From the NCBI GenBank assembly GCA_963793265.1, contig CAWBZI010000002.1, forward strand, positions 288,001-352,000: a stretch of DNA of 64,000 nucleotides, in the 5' to 3' direction. This document shows positions 61,978 through 64,000 of this stretch, one piece after another (the first letter of the stretch is position 1; each line of letters opens with the position of its first letter). A model generated the notes under the pieces. It ran no database searches. It had not been told where the DNA came from and saw only the letters and a list, made by a program, of their open reading frames with translations. The DNA is from an uncultured cyanobacterium. Its GTDB lineage: Bacteria > Cyanobacteriota > Cyanobacteriia > Phormidesmidales > Phormidesmidaceae. The translations under genes and the position numbers were made by a program.

Positions 61978-63264
61978 TACGCACCGTAGATAGCGCATGT
62001 TTGAAGAATCTGTACTTTGATGAACGTCAGCCTGATGTCGTAGCGTCTGCAATAGCTGCCGCAGATGCATGTTTGCTAAGCTAACCTCTGTATTCATCCA
62101 CGCCGAGGTTGAAAAATCGATTTGTTGCTTTTGATGATTTTCAATGGCCTCTATCAGCTTGCCAAAAGTAGGCGCGCTTTCAATTTCATTTCGTAACAAC
62201 TCAGCCGAGATTCCTAAACTTCTGCCCAAGAGATCCGCTCGCCTGGCATATTCACATACTCTAAATCCTGCTGTGCGATCGCCGTTCACATCCATCCAAA
62301 ACTGCCGAAGCTGCTCTCTCACTAAAATCCGCGCTTCTGTCAATATTGGCGATTCTACTAAAACGGCTTGCTTTTGACGGCTGCGCTTAGTCAATCGCTC
62401 CAACAGCTCAGCAAGCCCACCTGTGGCCCGACCCACCTGCCGCGCGCTTGTAAATACCTGTACCTCTGGGCTATGCCGAATCTTTGCATCTACCTGCTGA
62501 AGGCGGCGGTATAGCGCTACGTCTTCTTCCTGGCGCATAGGGGGGAGTCCGCCTACTTTGCCATATAGCTCAGCTAGCAGCGCCATATTAGCGCCGTAAT
62601 ATTGAAAGTGTCTGGGCCAGCAGTCATGAGGCTGTGGGTCTAAAAAAGTCTCTATTTGCGCCGCAATATACTGGTGGGCTAGCAGTCGTAAAAAATAAAG
62701 AGAAGCCTCTGGTGCTAGCCCTGAATCTGCCTCTCGCCGCGTTAAAATGCGCCCACCGACCGCATCTACGCCCCTGTCAAACTCTCGAATTAGACTATTT
62801 ACCCAGGTGGGAGAGACTTCTGTATCTCCATCAGTAGAGGCGATAATTCTGCCTGCTAGTCCGATGATAGACAGTCTTCTGTAGGCTTCGTTCATGACTA
62901 AGCGACGAGCCGTGCCGACGTGGGCGATCGCTTCAGGCAACGAAACCTCTATCACATGCAAGTTGAGATTTAGGTAAGATTGCGAAAGCGATCGCCCTAC
63001 TGCTGCTGACTCATCGCTACAGTTATTCGCTAAGATCAACACTTCATAGCTGTTCGGGTCAATTGCTTGTCCTTCGTCGTCTACCTGCTTAGAAAAGCTG
63101 CGAATAGTTGCGCTTAAACGACTGGCTTCATTTCTTACAGGTGCGATAATACAAACGCGACAGTCTTTGTGAGGAGAAGCTGTTGTTAAAGGGATGAGAT
63201 TGCCTATTTTCAGAGGGCCTAACGCTTCTGTCGCGGCAATTTCCGGTTCAATTGAAAGGAGCAA
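61924..63264 (-). CDS. Glycosyltransferase family 2
   Basis: PVRNE, LANNCSD, HVGTARR, STDGDT, RHFQYYGAN, EEDVAL, TSARQVGRA; start uncertain. Confidence 0.87.
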   Translation of the reverse strand: MLLSIEPEIAATEALGPLKIGNLIPLTTASPHKDCRVCIIAPVRNEASRLSATIRSFSKQVDDEGQAIDPNSYEVLILANNCSDESAAVGRSLSQSYLNLNLHVIEVSLPEAIAHVGTARRLVMNEAYRRLSIIGLAGRIIASTDGDTEVSPTWVNSLIREFDRGVDAVGGRILTRREADSGLAPEASLYFLRLLAHQYIAAQIETFLDPQPHDCWPRHFQYYGANMALLAELYGKVGGLPPMRQEEDVALYRRLQQVDAKIRHSPEVQVFTSARQVGRATGGLAELLERLTKRSRQKQAVLVESPILTEARILVREQLRQFWMDVNGDRTAGFRVCEYARRADLLGRSLGISAELLRNEIESAPTFGKLIEAIENHQKQQIDFSTSAWMNTEVSLANMHLRQLLQTLRHQADVHQSTDSSNMRYLRCVLQALKQVEAIPIFALRV

Positions 63265-63392
63265 AAGAAAGCTATCCTTGAAGATAAAGACAGCTTAAAT
63301 TCTTACAACTCTCCTTTGTTTATTCCTCTTTACTTAGATGTATCTTACGTGACCGTTTAGCTCTGATGGCATACAACTATAGGCACTTCCTG

Positions 63393-64000
63393 CTATTCTG
63401 GCAGCGCCCACATCAGCATCTTATCGCCGTCAAATCCCACTGCTATAAGAGAGTCATTGAGACGAACGATGTTGGGTGGAAAGTCCAAAAAAGGGCCATG
63501 GGCAAAGTCTTTGACCTGTTGGATACCTGCTGCTGTGCCATCGGTACGATAGACAATGCCAGCCGAGAAGAAGTAGAGATGGTCGCCATGCGGGGTGAGC
63601 GATCGCACAAGAGCCCCCCTTGGAGAAATAAGATCAGAACAGTCTTCCTCAAACCGTTCGCCCGGATGAGACGGCGGGCAGTACCGAGACTGTCTCACGA
63701 CGCCTGGGGCAAAATCTATCACCTGCCGCGTTCCTGCTGCTGTGCCATCGGTTACCCACAGCTCTTGCCCGTCGCCTGCTGTGCCGCCAAAAAAGAGCTG
63801 TCCTTTAAAGGCCGTAAATCCTTCCTCCAAGACTTCTACAGCGGCTAAGCGCTCAGTGCCCGCAGCCGTGCCATCTGTTACCCATAGCTCATCTTCATAA
63901 TCACTTTCGCCGCTGTCGCTCTCTTGAGGCACTAGCACTTTAAAGTACAGCTTGCCTTGATGAACAATGAACGAATTTGTGGGGTTTGGATTGATAAAAG
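63393..64000 (-). CDS. ELWxxDGT repeat protein, 3' part (runs off the window edge)
   Basis: ELWVTDGTAAGT twice and YRTDGTAAG. Confidence 0.8.
   Translation of the reverse strand, partial: FINPNPTNSFIVHQGKLYFKVLVPQESDSGESDYEDELWVTDGTAAGTERLAAVEVLEEGFTAFKGQLFFGGTAGDGQELWVTDGTAAGTRQVIDFAPGVVRQSRYCPPSHPGERFEEDCSDLISPRGALVRSLTPHGDHLYFFSAGIVYRTDGTAAGIQQVKDFAHGPFLDFPPNIVRLNDSLIAVGFDGDKMLMWALPE

Larger units (their letters stand above)
436..63606. repeat. HIP1 octamer GCGATCGC dispersed through the window
   Basis: Many copies by eye, for example near 436, 498, 603 and 63599; not counted exactly. Confidence 0.9.

Noticed and set aside
63366..63848. 160-aa plus-strand ORF
   Set aside because: Antisense to the ELWxxDGT gene, which carries the clear motifs.
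1..64000. tRNA, rRNA or riboswitch
   Set aside because: None recognised by eye; an Infernal/Rfam scan of the longer intergenic regions (for example 27379-27879) would be needed to exclude them.

Overview
Cyanobacterial chromosomal window; the HIP1 octamer GCGATCGC is frequent throughout and ndhC, Uma2 and leuA look cyanobacterial. In order it holds: the 3' part of a type I PKS (AT-DH-ER-KR-ACP, no TE) with a GT2; a decayed mazEF pair cut off by an internally deleted IS1182-like transposase remnant; a TetR-rich efflux region (MacAB-like ABC system, RND pair, four TetRs, visible palindromic operators, a 368-bp duplicated RND-adaptor fragment, a small MITE-like element); an orphan ndhC; two tandem glutaredoxin + double AhpD-like fusion genes; a GT-C transferase; a Wzx/Wzy exopolysaccharide cluster whose Wzc has degenerate kinase motifs; malQ and treS-maltokinase with several small stress-type genes; leuA; a large lectin/PA14/lyase-like protein; an acyl-CoA dehydrogenase/PIG-L/NodS/GT2 cluster; and part of an ELWxxDGT protein. 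The best candidate for an undescribed system is the Grx-AhpD-AhpD pair (19872-23281): one copy keeps the AhpD CxxC motif, the other has lost it, and their promoter shares a 17-bp site with the RND efflux operon. All calls come from reading motifs by eye; no database searches were run.
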